A stretch of DNA of 64,000 nucleotides from a virus (Duplodnaviria > Heunggongvirae > Uroviricota > Caudoviricetes), in the IMG/VR virus record IMGVR_UViG_3300027977_000006. One strand, given 5' to 3'. Positions 37,539 through 47,237 of the stretch are shown piece by piece. Positions within the stretch are counted from its first letter, which is position 1. Every line of letters starts with the position of its first letter. The position numbers were made by a program, and so were the translations under genes. The notes below the pieces were generated by a model that made no database searches, was not told the DNA's origin, and worked only from the letters and a program-made list of their open reading frames with translations.

Positions 37539-40388
37539 TTATATGTTATCGAATGATGCACCAGTGTTCATGATTACGAACTCAATTTGAATGAACTCAA
37601 GACTTCTTGTTGGTTTTAAGAAGATTTGACCAGTCAATTGATTTCTGTCGATATCCTCTGGGTCATTTGATAGAACCACACGGAAGTCAGTCAAACCTCT
37701 TTCAGCTCTAATGTTATCCAATATTGGGTTAACAAGTGACAAGAATTGGTTTCTTACAACCGAATCATTTTGTTCGAATAGAAGTCTGATAGAAACAGCA
37801 GAGATAAGTTTTCTAGCTTGCAACAACAATCTTCTAACGTTGATTCTGTTAAGAGCAGTTTCTTTAACTTGAAGAGTTTTGTTACCCCAAATTTTGATAC
37901 CATCAGAAGTGAAAGTAGCGATTGGGTTAATTCTGTTCTCATAAAGAGTATCTCTTTCAGACAATGTAAGTTTTTTACGAGCTTGGATTGCGTCAACATC
38001 ACCTCTTTGAATACCAGCAACTGCGAACCAAGGGAATGCAATGTTGTCAGTCAAAGCGATGTTTCTTACAACGTCTCTTGTAGGTGGAACCCACATCAAC
38101 ACATTGTTTTCAGCGTCATTGATTTGAACCCATGGCCAGTATGTACAAGAATAGTTGCTATCGTATAATCCATCCATGTTATCAACAACTTCGTCAGCAG
38201 TCAATATAGAACCATCGTAGTAATCTGGTGTTGTTAAGATATACAATGAGTCAGCTCTTTCTGTTTCAATCATTTCGATTGTTTCTTCAACCAAATTTGT
38301 GTTATCGAATGCATCAATACCTGGTGTTGCGAATACGTTTACGTTTACAGCTTCTGGGTTTCTGAATGTCCAGATACCTTCAAGATAAGCATAGTAATCA
38401 GAGTTGATACCCAAATCACCATTTGTAAGTGTTCTGTTTTGGAATGCACCACTAGTTAAACCAGCAGCGCCATAAAGTCCATTGATTGTAAATCCATCAC
38501 CATTGCTTCTTCTTGTTCTGTAAACATCCCATCCATCGAAACCACCATAAGGAGCCATAGTAAATTTACGTGCAAATATTTTTTCATAAGGACCACCAGC
38601 TAAACCAGCTTCAGTTCTAAACTCAGCATCACCAGTATCAAACAAGAACACAGGGCTGTAAGTACCACCAGTAGCGTTTATGACAACGAAAACATTATCA
38701 ATTGTAACAGCAGTAGCATCAATATCCATGTGGAAACCATTTGTTAAACCAGTCCACATGTCTGGGCTAGATGTTGTTGGAACACCTTTGTAATCAAAGA
38801 AGTCAGCATCAATACCTACAGTTTCTGACAAACCTAAGTAGACTTTACGTTTGTTTTCAAACGCACTATAAGCTGTCTTATACATGATATCTGGGTTAAC
38901 AATGCTTGTATTGCCGTTTGATTGGTAATTACGAATAGGGAAACCAATGAAACCAGCTGGGAATGCATCGCTAGTATCTGAAGTGTCATCAAGTTCTACA
39001 AGAACATATGAAGACCTAGACACATATTCACCATCCAAAGAACCAATTCTTCTAGCGATATAGTTTGCTGAAGTTGGGTCCATTGTACAACGAGTAAATG
39101 TCTCAAGAATTACAGGTGAAGCATCAGTATCATAGAAACCTCTGATTCTAACATCAAACTCTTTTGTATCTGGTTTAATGTTTGTGATAGAAATTTTAAA
39201 TTGTTCGTTTGCTGCGTTACCATCAGAAATAGTCCAGAATCTGAACAATCTTAATACTTTATTACCACGAATCTCTGATACAACATATGGTGTAACAGCT
39301 GGGCTGAATTCACGCAAATAATCATTGAATGTATTGCTATAGTTCGTAACACTTTGTTTAACACCTCTAATCTTACCATCAGCATTAAGTGTTTTGAACA
39401 TATTAGAGAAAAATTCTTCAACGTAAAGAGCGGTATTACCATCTTGAGCCGTTCTGCCCAATACTCTTGGTAGATAATTTGTTTGTGTTCTATCCAAAGA
39501 TACTTGGTAACCAAATAAACCTTGAGTTGTTGAATCACCACTCAAAGAAAATACGCCAAGTGGGTTGGTTGTTGCAGCAGAAAATGCTGGGTCAAACAAA
39601 ACACCAGTTGCTCCAGTAATCTCGAAAGAAGGAACTTGAGTTGATACGTTTATAGATGCTCTAGAACGTAACAAAGCAACTAGTTGATTTTCTACATCAG
39701 AATAAGCACTACCAGAATAGTAAACTGTAACACCAGTTGTTGTACCAGTAACAGAAGTTGTCATACCAACACCAGTGTAACTTGTAGCATTAACATAAAG
39801 ACTAATTGATGAACCAGTAAATGTAGAACCTATTTTTGTAAAAGTAACACCTATATTTGAAGTAGTACCAGTACCAGCTGTTCCTAAAAATGATAAATTA
39901 GATGTCAAAAGACCTTGGTTAATCAAAGTCTGTACCAATGGGTCGGCAGACACCAAGTTGGTTATGGTTCCAGTAGATGTTGCTGAGAACCTAATAAGTG
40001 GTGAATAAGATGAACCACCACCAGTAGTACCAGAAGTTGCTTGGTCAAGAGCACCATCAAGAGTTATACCCCAAGCTAAACCAGCATCGTAACCAGAAAA
40101 ACCTAATACTCTTGTAACAAATAATTGGTTTGATTGTGATAAATATGATTTAGCGATATAAGGTAGTTCATATAATGGAGCTCCAGTGTCTTTTACCTTG
40201 GTAGCATTTAATCCACCGAAGAAAGATTGAAATTCACCATAGTTACTGATGAAAATTGGTTGGAAAGCAGGCCCTATTGTTGTTTCACCAACCAAACCTA
40301 ACGTTGTTACACCAACTTGACGTGTGATGAAGGTTAGGTCTCTTTCTGATGTATAAACACCTGGACTTACGAATACTTGTGTTGCCAT
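37539..40388 (-). CDS. Tail sheath protein, gp18-like
   Basis: SPGVY..E.D, G....GP, YWPW, WFA.AG..RG, LY..RINPI, WG.KTL, RINVRRL, KPTRS.EFI. Confidence 0.96.
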   Translation of the reverse strand: MATQVFVSPGVYTSERDLTFITRQVGVTTLGLVGETTIGPAFQPIFISNYGEFQSFFGGLNATKVKDTGAPLYELPYIAKSYLSQSNQLFVTRVLGFSGYDAGLAWGITLDGALDQATSGTTGGGSSYSPLIRFSATSTGTITNLVSADPLVQTLINQGLLTSNLSFLGTAGTGTTSNIGVTFTKIGSTFTGSSISLYVNATSYTGVGMTTSVTGTTTGVTVYYSGSAYSDVENQLVALLRSRASINVSTQVPSFEITGATGVLFDPAFSAATTNPLGVFSLSGDSTTQGLFGYQVSLDRTQTNYLPRVLGRTAQDGNTALYVEEFFSNMFKTLNADGKIRGVKQSVTNYSNTFNDYLREFSPAVTPYVVSEIRGNKVLRLFRFWTISDGNAANEQFKISITNIKPDTKEFDVRIRGFYDTDASPVILETFTRCTMDPTSANYIARRIGSLDGEYVSRSSYVLVELDDTSDTSDAFPAGFIGFPIRNYQSNGNTSIVNPDIMYKTAYSAFENKRKVYLGLSETVGIDADFFDYKGVPTTSSPDMWTGLTNGFHMDIDATAVTIDNVFVVINATGGTYSPVFLFDTGDAEFRTEAGLAGGPYEKIFARKFTMAPYGGFDGWDVYRTRRSNGDGFTINGLYGAAGLTSGAFQNRTLTNGDLGINSDYYAYLEGIWTFRNPEAVNVNVFATPGIDAFDNTNLVEETIEMIETERADSLYILTTPDYYDGSILTADEVVDNMDGLYDSNYSCTYWPWVQINDAENNVLMWVPPTRDVVRNIALTDNIAFPWFAVAGIQRGDVDAIQARKKLTLSERDTLYENRINPIATFTSDGIKIWGNKTLQVKETALNRINVRRLLLQARKLISAVSIRLLFEQNDSVVRNQFLSLVNPILDNIRAERGLTDFRVVLSNDPEDIDRNQLTGQIFLKPTRSLEFIQIEFVIMNTGASFDNI

Positions 40389-40560
40389 ATTGTTTTCTTT
40401 TTAATTTTATTATTTACTTTATCGTTTTGTTTATAATAAATATTAGGTTTTTTTCAAAAAGAGTACCATCTCAAAAGATATATTTCTTTTAGTATGTTTT
40501 TTTTCATACTTTTGTCATACTAAGGCTTTACAAACACATAAAACGTATTATTTTTGTTTT

Positions 40561-40668
40561 ATGAGAGATTTTAAATGTAAAGTAACGTACATTTATGCAT
40601 TGATGGACGGAACAAAAGTTAAATATATTGGTAAAAGCGATGACCCTAATAGTCACACCAAATGCTAA
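40561..40668 (+). pseudogene. Truncated GIY-YIG endonuclease remnant
   Basis: Manual translation MRDFKCKVTYIYALMDGTKVKYIGKSDDPNSHTKC*; YIY and YIG motifs, then stop. Confidence 0.7.
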
Positions 40669-40740
40669 AAAAACACTGTGAAAAAAATTTTTGATTTTGT
40701 TGAAACAATAATAAAAGAAAATTGCAGATAAAAATCATAG

Positions 40741-40893
40741 ATGAAAAGGGACAAAAACATTAAAATAACATCAAAAACGCATGAGTTACTTAAAAAATAT
40801 TGTGAACAAAATGGGCTTAAGATGTTCTCATATGTCGAAAAATTAATTAAAGATGCTTGTTCACCCAAAAAAGATTTATACGGTGAAAATTAA
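40741..40893 (+). CDS. Small ribbon-helix-helix-like DNA-binding protein (50 aa, not in track)
   Basis: MKRDKNIKITSKTHELLKKYCEQNGLKMFSYVEKLIKDAC...: strand-helix-G-helix pattern. Confidence 0.65.
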   Translation: MKRDKNIKITSKTHELLKKYCEQNGLKMFSYVEKLIKDACSPKKDLYGEN

Positions 40894-41038
40894 TTATTTT
40901 TTATATGTTATAACTTACCATTTGTGAAGTAGTTGTCTGAGTTGTAGATACGTTATTAAGTCTTATAACTACAAGGTCACTTGAACTTGCAATCACACTA
41001 AGGAAATTTGAACTTAATATTTCAACCATTAATCTTGA

Positions 41039-41437
41039 TTATTTTAATTTATTTTTTATGGGGATTGAAAAAATATAAGTAAAAAATAAATGAAATGTTA
41101 ATACAAATAAAAAATAATATAAAAATGACCACCAATAAAGAGGTAAAATAATCCCTGTTGTTAATAGTAGAAAGTTTTTTAGTAAACCAAACAAATGCCA
41201 CGCATCAGTTATTGATACTAAAGGATTACTTATTAACCATGTTAATACTTTATTATTTGGAAACCATTCATATTTATTTTTCCAAGAAGTTTCAGGATTA
41301 AACCATTGTACAACTTTTGGATTCTTTATTTTTGAAAATACAGATTTGTCCCAATGAAATAAAACCTTATCTTGTATTGCTTTTGATATTCCTGATACTA
41401 TTATTAGTATAATTGCTATTGTTATATTTTGTTCCAT
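41039..41437 (-). CDS. Small membrane protein
   Basis: About three hydrophobic segments; WKNKY and TDAWH motifs. Confidence 0.7.
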   Translation of the reverse strand: MEQNITIAIILIIVSGISKAIQDKVLFHWDKSVFSKIKNPKVVQWFNPETSWKNKYEWFPNNKVLTWLISNPLVSITDAWHLFGLLKNFLLLTTGIILPLYWWSFLYYFLFVLTFHLFFTYIFSIPIKNKLK

Positions 41438-41529
41438 TTTAAATATATATTATTAAATTATAAATCCAGCAATTTGCGCTCCCGTTGTATCTACCGTAGA
41501 AGCATTTTTTAATCTTTTATAATAATTAA

Positions 41530-41679
41530 TTATTTTTCTTCAGAATTTTTTAATTCTTTTTTAACTTCCTCAAAATATTGTTGCAATATTGCATGTTCTT
41601 CATAAGTTAATTTTGCAGTTCTGCTAACTAAATAAATCGCTTCTAATTTTTGAGAAGTTGTTAATGTTTGTTGTTCCAT
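41530..41679 (-). CDS. Small hypothetical protein (49 aa, not in track)
   Basis: MEQQTLTTSQKLEAIYLVSRTAKLTYEEHAILQQYFEEVKKELKNSEEK*. Confidence 0.55.
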   Translation of the reverse strand: MEQQTLTTSQKLEAIYLVSRTAKLTYEEHAILQQYFEEVKKELKNSEEK

Positions 41680-41728
41680 ATAGTTTTTATTTTTTTATTT
41701 AATTTATAATTTATATTGAAAAATAAAA

Positions 41729-42154
41729 TTATTGAATATCTAATCTAATATCTACTGTATTTGCGCCCAATATTTCCTCTAGCTTTTCTTTTATAAAAAG
41801 ATGATAAGAAAATATTGTTTTCAATGATGTTGTGCCTTGCGGAAATATAGCATCAACTATTGCTTCATATTGTGCAATAATTTGTTGGTCTAATTCTTTG
41901 ACAAATTCATTTAGTAGATTATTATATGTTACTACTACATTGCCATTTTCATCTGTTTGCTCAACAGGATACTTAATTGTGATAGGTGTATACCCCTCAT
42001 TTTTTAGTTCTGGCGATACGTAATAATTTAAAAAGAACTTCTGGTCAAATCCTTCAAATTGAGATTGAAATATAAATTTCACCAATACGTTAGTAGATGG
42101 TAAATCTGTTCCATCTGATTTTTTTAGATTTTGTTTGTTAATTAATAGTGCCAT
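41729..42154 (-). CDS. Hypothetical protein downstream of a fibre gene (possible fibre assembly protein)
   Basis: 141 aa; position; TATTTATA upstream. Confidence 0.65.
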   Translation of the reverse strand: MALLINKQNLKKSDGTDLPSTNVLVKFIFQSQFEGFDQKFFLNYYVSPELKNEGYTPITIKYPVEQTDENGNVVVTYNNLLNEFVKELDQQIIAQYEAIVDAIFPQGTTSLKTIFSYHLFIKEKLEEILGANTVDIRLDIQ

Positions 42155-42188
42155 ATTTTTGTTTTTATATAAATACTATGAAATTTTT

Positions 42189-44735
42189 TTAATGTAAATC
42201 AATCCAACTTGTACCATTATATACTTGTAATTTATTTGTCGTTGTGTTGTAACATACTAATCCTGTTGCTGGGCTTGTAATATTTACAGATGGATTTGCA
42301 TTACGTGGTGGTAAGAAACCTTTTGTAGTGCTTTCTAAAGTTAAAATAGAACTAGTCGCCCCAGTTACAGTCCCTATCAATACATTATTAGTAGCAGAAA
42401 CTAAACGCATTATTTCTGTGCCAGTAGTAGTTCCATGTCCGATACTTATATTGCCAGCCGTGCTTGCTCTTATCCAGCCATAGAAACTTATACCCGCCCA
42501 CATAGTATATTGAGCGTTTGAACTACCATTTAGATTGTATATTAACGCTTCTGTTCTATTACCGCTTGCACGTTCATAAAGAATCATACCTGCTTCTGTT
42601 CCTACAAATCTATGTCTTACTTCTGACAAGCTTGGAAATGCAGCGTTCGCTATATAATTTATACCTCTATTAGAGGTAATATTTAAAGTTCTTGCATTAG
42701 TATCACCACCATTGGTAGGATTTGAATATATTTCACCAATTGTTTCAAGTAAGCCAGAACCTGCAACTAATCTTATACCTGCACCTAAATTATTAGTACC
42801 TGTATTGGCAGTATTATCAATTAATAACTGTGTTCTTGTTGCTGCATCACTTCTTGATATATGAACTAATTGTGTTGGTGCAGCTATACCTATTCCTACT
42901 CTACCATCATCTCTAACTACTAAAGCATTGTTAGTTCCTGTACTATCATGCACTTGTAAACCAAAGGTACTTGTTCCTCCTGTTCCAGTATTTGAACCTA
43001 AAATTCTTAATCTTGAACTTGCATCTGTTGTTGTTCCAATTAAAACATTACCAGTAGCGCCAACTATTCTTAATCTTTCGTTAATACCACCAGTATAAAA
43101 TCTATATCCTCCACCATTAACATTCCCAGTTTGAAACCACATATCAAACCTCGATGATACTGCACTTGCTAAACCTATTCCAAAGAAATTCAAAGCACTT
43201 CCATTTAACCCAAAATTAGCCCCCGCACTTATTACTGTTGCAGATGGGTCAGTTGGGGTATAGGCAAAGGCAGTTATTAAACCTTGACCTGAAGAGTTGA
43301 CATTTATAACCACACCCCTATCTATTGAAGAAGATGAACCAAATGCAGCAATATCACCTGTGCCTCCAACATGAAAGTTTGTAGGTGGTATTAATGCGAT
43401 ATTTGGTCTTACTGCAACTAACCCATCATCTCTAACAACCAACGCATTATTATTTCCTGTTGCGTTATGCACTTGTAAACCGAAAGATGATGAGGTTGTA
43501 CCTGAACCATTAATCTGTAATGTTGAATTCGGAGCATTGGTTCTTAACCCTAATCTCTTATTTGTATTATCCCAGAAGAAATTTGTATTGTCTTGCGTTA
43601 TAGTATTACCAGTACCAAAAAACGCAACGCTTCCAGTTGTGCCTGTAATTTGTGAAGTACTACCAGTTAACGAACTTAGATTTAAAGTATAATTATTTCC
43701 ATCATTTCTTGTAAATATTGCAGTAGCACCAGATAGTGTTGCACCTGTTGTATAAAAATCTGTTATACCTGTTACAATAATATTAACATTGTCATTTCTG
43801 TTTAGAGTTAAATTTCTTGTTGATTGATTGAAAGTTCCACCTGTAACGAAGGTATTACCAGAATATTGACTTGCAATATTATTTATAATTGTGTTTAATT
43901 GTGTTCCACCAGAAAATATTGTGCTTGCAGATAAAGAATTTACAGATATATCACCGTTAACTGTTAAACCAGTAACAGTATTAAATAACACATTAAAAGT
44001 ACCACCAGTATTGTTTGTAAAAGTAAATGTGTTTGCATTGTCATAAGTTGCTCCAGTAACAAAAACATCTGTTGCACCAGTATAAAAACCACTTACATTA
44101 AATGTACCACCAGTATTGTTTGTAAACACTGCTGTACCATTTGAATATGAGCCACCAGTAACTGTAACATCTAAAGGAAGGTTTTCATATGTTGTAGCAC
44201 TGATAGTAGTAGCGGTCAAACCACCACTAAAACTAGTCGCCCCAGTTACAGTCCCACCAGTAAACGCACTGCTTGTTGTTATACCAGTTATACTAAATGT
44301 ACCACCAGTATTGTTTGTAAAAGTTAATGTAGATGCTGATGTCAAATATGTACCACCCGTAACAAACACATCTGTTGCACCAGTATAAAAACCGCTTACA
44401 TTAAATGTACCACCAGTATTGTTTGTAAACACTGCTGTGCCATTTGAATATGTTCCACCCGTAACAAAAGTATCTTGTGTTGATATACCAGTTAAATTAC
44501 TTCCGTCACCATAATATGTTGTTGCTGATACAGTTGTTGCACTTAAATCACCACTAACAAAAACGTCACCAACCATGTTTATTGAGTTAGAACCCAATAA
44601 AATTTCAGTATTACCAGTACATGCATATATATTTGTTGTAAATAAGGCCGTACATGCGCTTAATATGCTATCACCTTCATTTGTTTCAATAATGAAAGTT
44701 TGATTTATATTATATCCTTTTTCTGGGGTGCTCAT
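42189..44735 (-). CDS. Tail fibre-like protein with Thr/Gly repeats
   Basis: Repeated D.FVTGGTY....FTNNTGGTF.V; G.VGIG..P, STTKGFLPPR and C-terminal YN..T..LQVYNGTSW fibre motifs. Confidence 0.8.
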   Translation of the reverse strand: MSTPEKGYNINQTFIIETNEGDSILSACTALFTTNIYACTGNTEILLGSNSINMVGDVFVSGDLSATTVSATTYYGDGSNLTGISTQDTFVTGGTYSNGTAVFTNNTGGTFNVSGFYTGATDVFVTGGTYLTSASTLTFTNNTGGTFSITGITTSSAFTGGTVTGATSFSGGLTATTISATTYENLPLDVTVTGGSYSNGTAVFTNNTGGTFNVSGFYTGATDVFVTGATYDNANTFTFTNNTGGTFNVLFNTVTGLTVNGDISVNSLSASTIFSGGTQLNTIINNIASQYSGNTFVTGGTFNQSTRNLTLNRNDNVNIIVTGITDFYTTGATLSGATAIFTRNDGNNYTLNLSSLTGSTSQITGTTGSVAFFGTGNTITQDNTNFFWDNTNKRLGLRTNAPNSTLQINGSGTTSSSFGLQVHNATGNNNALVVRDDGLVAVRPNIALIPPTNFHVGGTGDIAAFGSSSSIDRGVVINVNSSGQGLITAFAYTPTDPSATVISAGANFGLNGSALNFFGIGLASAVSSRFDMWFQTGNVNGGGYRFYTGGINERLRIVGATGNVLIGTTTDASSRLRILGSNTGTGGTSTFGLQVHDSTGTNNALVVRDDGRVGIGIAAPTQLVHISRSDAATRTQLLIDNTANTGTNNLGAGIRLVAGSGLLETIGEIYSNPTNGGDTNARTLNITSNRGINYIANAAFPSLSEVRHRFVGTEAGMILYERASGNRTEALIYNLNGSSNAQYTMWAGISFYGWIRASTAGNISIGHGTTTGTEIMRLVSATNNVLIGTVTGATSSILTLESTTKGFLPPRNANPSVNITSPATGLVCYNTTTNKLQVYNGTSWIDLH
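44056..44452. repeat. About 94-bp near-identical direct repeat (44056-44149 and 44359-44452)
   Basis: About three mismatches, offset 303 nt, in frame. Confidence 0.85.
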
Positions 44736-45793
44736 TAGAATGTATTACCGATTAATGTAAACTTACCTATTTTAAGGAAGTCTTTATATACTCTTACGCT
44801 AACAATGTCATTTGCATTAAAAACCAATGGTGCAACTAATATGGTACCATCAAATACCACCATGTTGTTAACAGTTATAACAATCCTAGTTAAATTCTCT
44901 ATGTTAACTAGCTGACTAAAAGTTGCGTTATATTGTGCTGTAAACGTAAATTGATTATTAGCCCTAGCTTTATAAACAAAATTAAATGTTACATCGTTAT
45001 TAACCAATTTAGGTTCAAAAACAACATCATTAAAAATTTTGCTTTCTTCAATTTCCAAAGTCATAACCGTTCTGTTTATAGTTGGTATAACTTCATAATC
45101 ATTTTCATCCAACAAATACCCTAACATCTTCATTTCAAACATTTGAATGTAAAAACGTCTGTTTTCAAAATTCTCAATATTACTCTCGTCACCAATACCC
45201 TCTAAGTGAAGTGGCATTGGATGACCTTTTACATTTATATAACATTGTCTAGATTGAAAAGCTCTTTGAACAAGTCCATTGAATTTATTCAAGTCTTTCA
45301 TTCTATTTGTGAAAATCCTAACTTCATAAGTTATATCTACAGGTGTTGGTTGTGGAACCTTATATAAATCAATACCATGCCTTATTCCATCCCATGTAGG
45401 TATTTTCATATAAGTATAGGTTCTATTTCCTGGAATGTTCCACAAACCAGCTTGATTCTGACCTTGTTGTATATCTGGTCTTCTTACAACCGTAATAAAA
45501 GGCATTTCAATATTTTTATACTCGTCAGTAAACTTCCAAGTTTTTGTAAATTCTGTCCACCTTTGAATTGTTAAAAATATTACAGGAACCTTCTCCCCAT
45601 CAATTGTAATCATTACACGCTCATCATCCTTTAAAAACTCAACAAAAGCTTGGTCCATATCCTCTTCAGAGACACCTCTAGGTAAAAAGGTGCCTTGATT
45701 GGCGATTCCATCCAATATTTCTTGTCTCCTTTCTGGACCTATTTTTTGGTTAAGGATGTTTATGTTAGTTCTAAAGCCTTTTGGTACAGCCAT
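44735..45793 (-). CDS. Tail completion / sheath-terminator protein, gp15-like
   Basis: VPVIF....W, MPFI, P.PVDITYEV.I.T....D pattern; next to a neck gene. Confidence 0.6.
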   Translation of the reverse strand: MAVPKGFRTNINILNQKIGPERRQEILDGIANQGTFLPRGVSEEDMDQAFVEFLKDDERVMITIDGEKVPVIFLTIQRWTEFTKTWKFTDEYKNIEMPFITVVRRPDIQQGQNQAGLWNIPGNRTYTYMKIPTWDGIRHGIDLYKVPQPTPVDITYEVRIFTNRMKDLNKFNGLVQRAFQSRQCYINVKGHPMPLHLEGIGDESNIENFENRRFYIQMFEMKMLGYLLDENDYEVIPTINRTVMTLEIEESKIFNDVVFEPKLVNNDVTFNFVYKARANNQFTFTAQYNATFSQLVNIENLTRIVITVNNMVVFDGTILVAPLVFNANDIVSVRVYKDFLKIGKFTLIGNTF

Positions 45794-45821
45794 GATAATT
45801 TTTATTTAATAAATATGTTTA

Positions 45822-46586
45822 TTACATTTCTTTATATTTCCATAAATACCCACCAGCTGTTTTCCTTTTACCACTTAAAACAGCATTAATATGTGGATAT
45901 ATTTTTTTAACATCATTTACTGATTTCCATTCACAAATTAATTCTTCTAATTTCGAAAGTTGTTGAATTATTTTAGGAGTTTGTTTTAAATGTTTATTTT
46001 TTATTTTTAATATTTCTTCTTTAGTTAAACAATCATTTTTATATCTCCAAATATAACCACCAGCACTATTTCTTTTTTTATTAATAACGCTATTAATATT
46101 TTTAATACCTAAATTTTCTTTAATATAATTAGCTGATTCATATTCATTTAGTTTATTTCCATCTAAATCATACTGAATAATAATATCTTTAATAGTAGAT
46201 TTTTTAAATAAATTAATGTTTTTTGGTGTTTTACCTTTTTTAGCTAAAGACATTTTATTTTTTGTCTCATCACTTACTTTTCTACCATATGAACCTTCCC
46301 CGCCATCGGAGTTGTTAACAAGTTTAAAACCCCATACTCTAAATTGAGATATCCAATATTGTTCCCAAAACACCCACTCATTTTTATTTACTTCATCTAT
46401 TATATTCATTATTGGTTTTTCATTTTTATTTAATAATGATTTAATCCATGAACAGCGTTTATTTTTACCACCATTATTTTTACCATCAAAAATATGTCTA
46501 TAATATCTTCTTTTGGGGTTTTTTGTTTGGCCAACATATCTAACACCTAATTTATCAGATAATGTATATATATAAATTGTTTCCAT
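45822..46586 (-). CDS. Free-standing GIY-YIG homing endonuclease with NUMOD3/NUMOD1
   Basis: YIYTL...YVGQT..P..R...H, EQYWI, N...GG.G, SDETK.KMS, two QY/L...W.S...AGGY.W.Y repeats. Confidence 0.88.
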   Translation of the reverse strand: METIYIYTLSDKLGVRYVGQTKNPKRRYYRHIFDGKNNGGKNKRCSWIKSLLNKNEKPIMNIIDEVNKNEWVFWEQYWISQFRVWGFKLVNNSDGGEGSYGRKVSDETKNKMSLAKKGKTPKNINLFKKSTIKDIIIQYDLDGNKLNEYESANYIKENLGIKNINSVINKKRNSAGGYIWRYKNDCLTKEEILKIKNKHLKQTPKIIQQLSKLEELICEWKSVNDVKKIYPHINAVLSGKRKTAGGYLWKYKEM

Positions 46587-46601
46587 ACTTATTAATATAT
46601 G

Positions 46602-47123
46602 TTATCTAGCAGAAAATTCACTTGCGTCAACTGGCGCACAAACAATTGTTCTAAAAGCACCTTTGTATCCCATAATAGTGTGTTCATTGTCATAATTTTT
46701 TATTCCATCATTAACAACGCTAAAGTATCTTATTTCGGTTTCAGTAACTGGGTAACCAATATAATCACCATAACTAATAGATGTCTTCAATTCTACCAGT
46801 TGTGAAGAATAAATACCAAACGTAAAATTTCCATCTTGAATATACCTAAGACTACCATTATTGTTGTAAGTTTGATTGTCTGGTTTATCCAAAATAGGTA
46901 CCACTTTAAGCTCTACAGGTGGGTAAAATCTAATACCATCCTTTGTAGCTTCGCCATAAAGACCATCATATTCAGTCATTTGTCTATCAACCTTATAAAG
47001 AATAAGTGTGAAGTTTCCATCACCTTCGATAGATTCACGACCCATACTGATTTCTAACTGGTAGTCTTCTTCTGAAAAAAACTTGTTAATTCTCGTGATA
47101 GGTGTTACTTTATTGTTGTCCAT
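46602..47123 (-). CDS. Head closure / neck protein, gp14-like
   Basis: LYGE....F.PP.E, F.I....L......GD.I pattern. Confidence 0.55.
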   Translation of the reverse strand: MDNNKVTPITRINKFFSEEDYQLEISMGRESIEGDGNFTLILYKVDRQMTEYDGLYGEATKDGIRFYPPVELKVVPILDKPDNQTYNNNGSLRYIQDGNFTFGIYSSQLVELKTSISYGDYIGYPVTETEIRYFSVVNDGIKNYDNEHTIMGYKGAFRTIVCAPVDASEFSAR

Positions 47124-47237
47124 GTTTTTCTATATAAATACTTTCCTTTTTGATTAATCGTTAATTTATCCTTGATTTCTTAAATAAAAATTATTATATT
47201 TAGATATAATGACCAAGAATTAAAAATAAAACAAATT

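Noticed and set aside
15274-40388. Bacterial contractile injection system (eCIS/T6SS) rather than phage
   Set aside because: Interleaved with neck genes and phage-type replication genes
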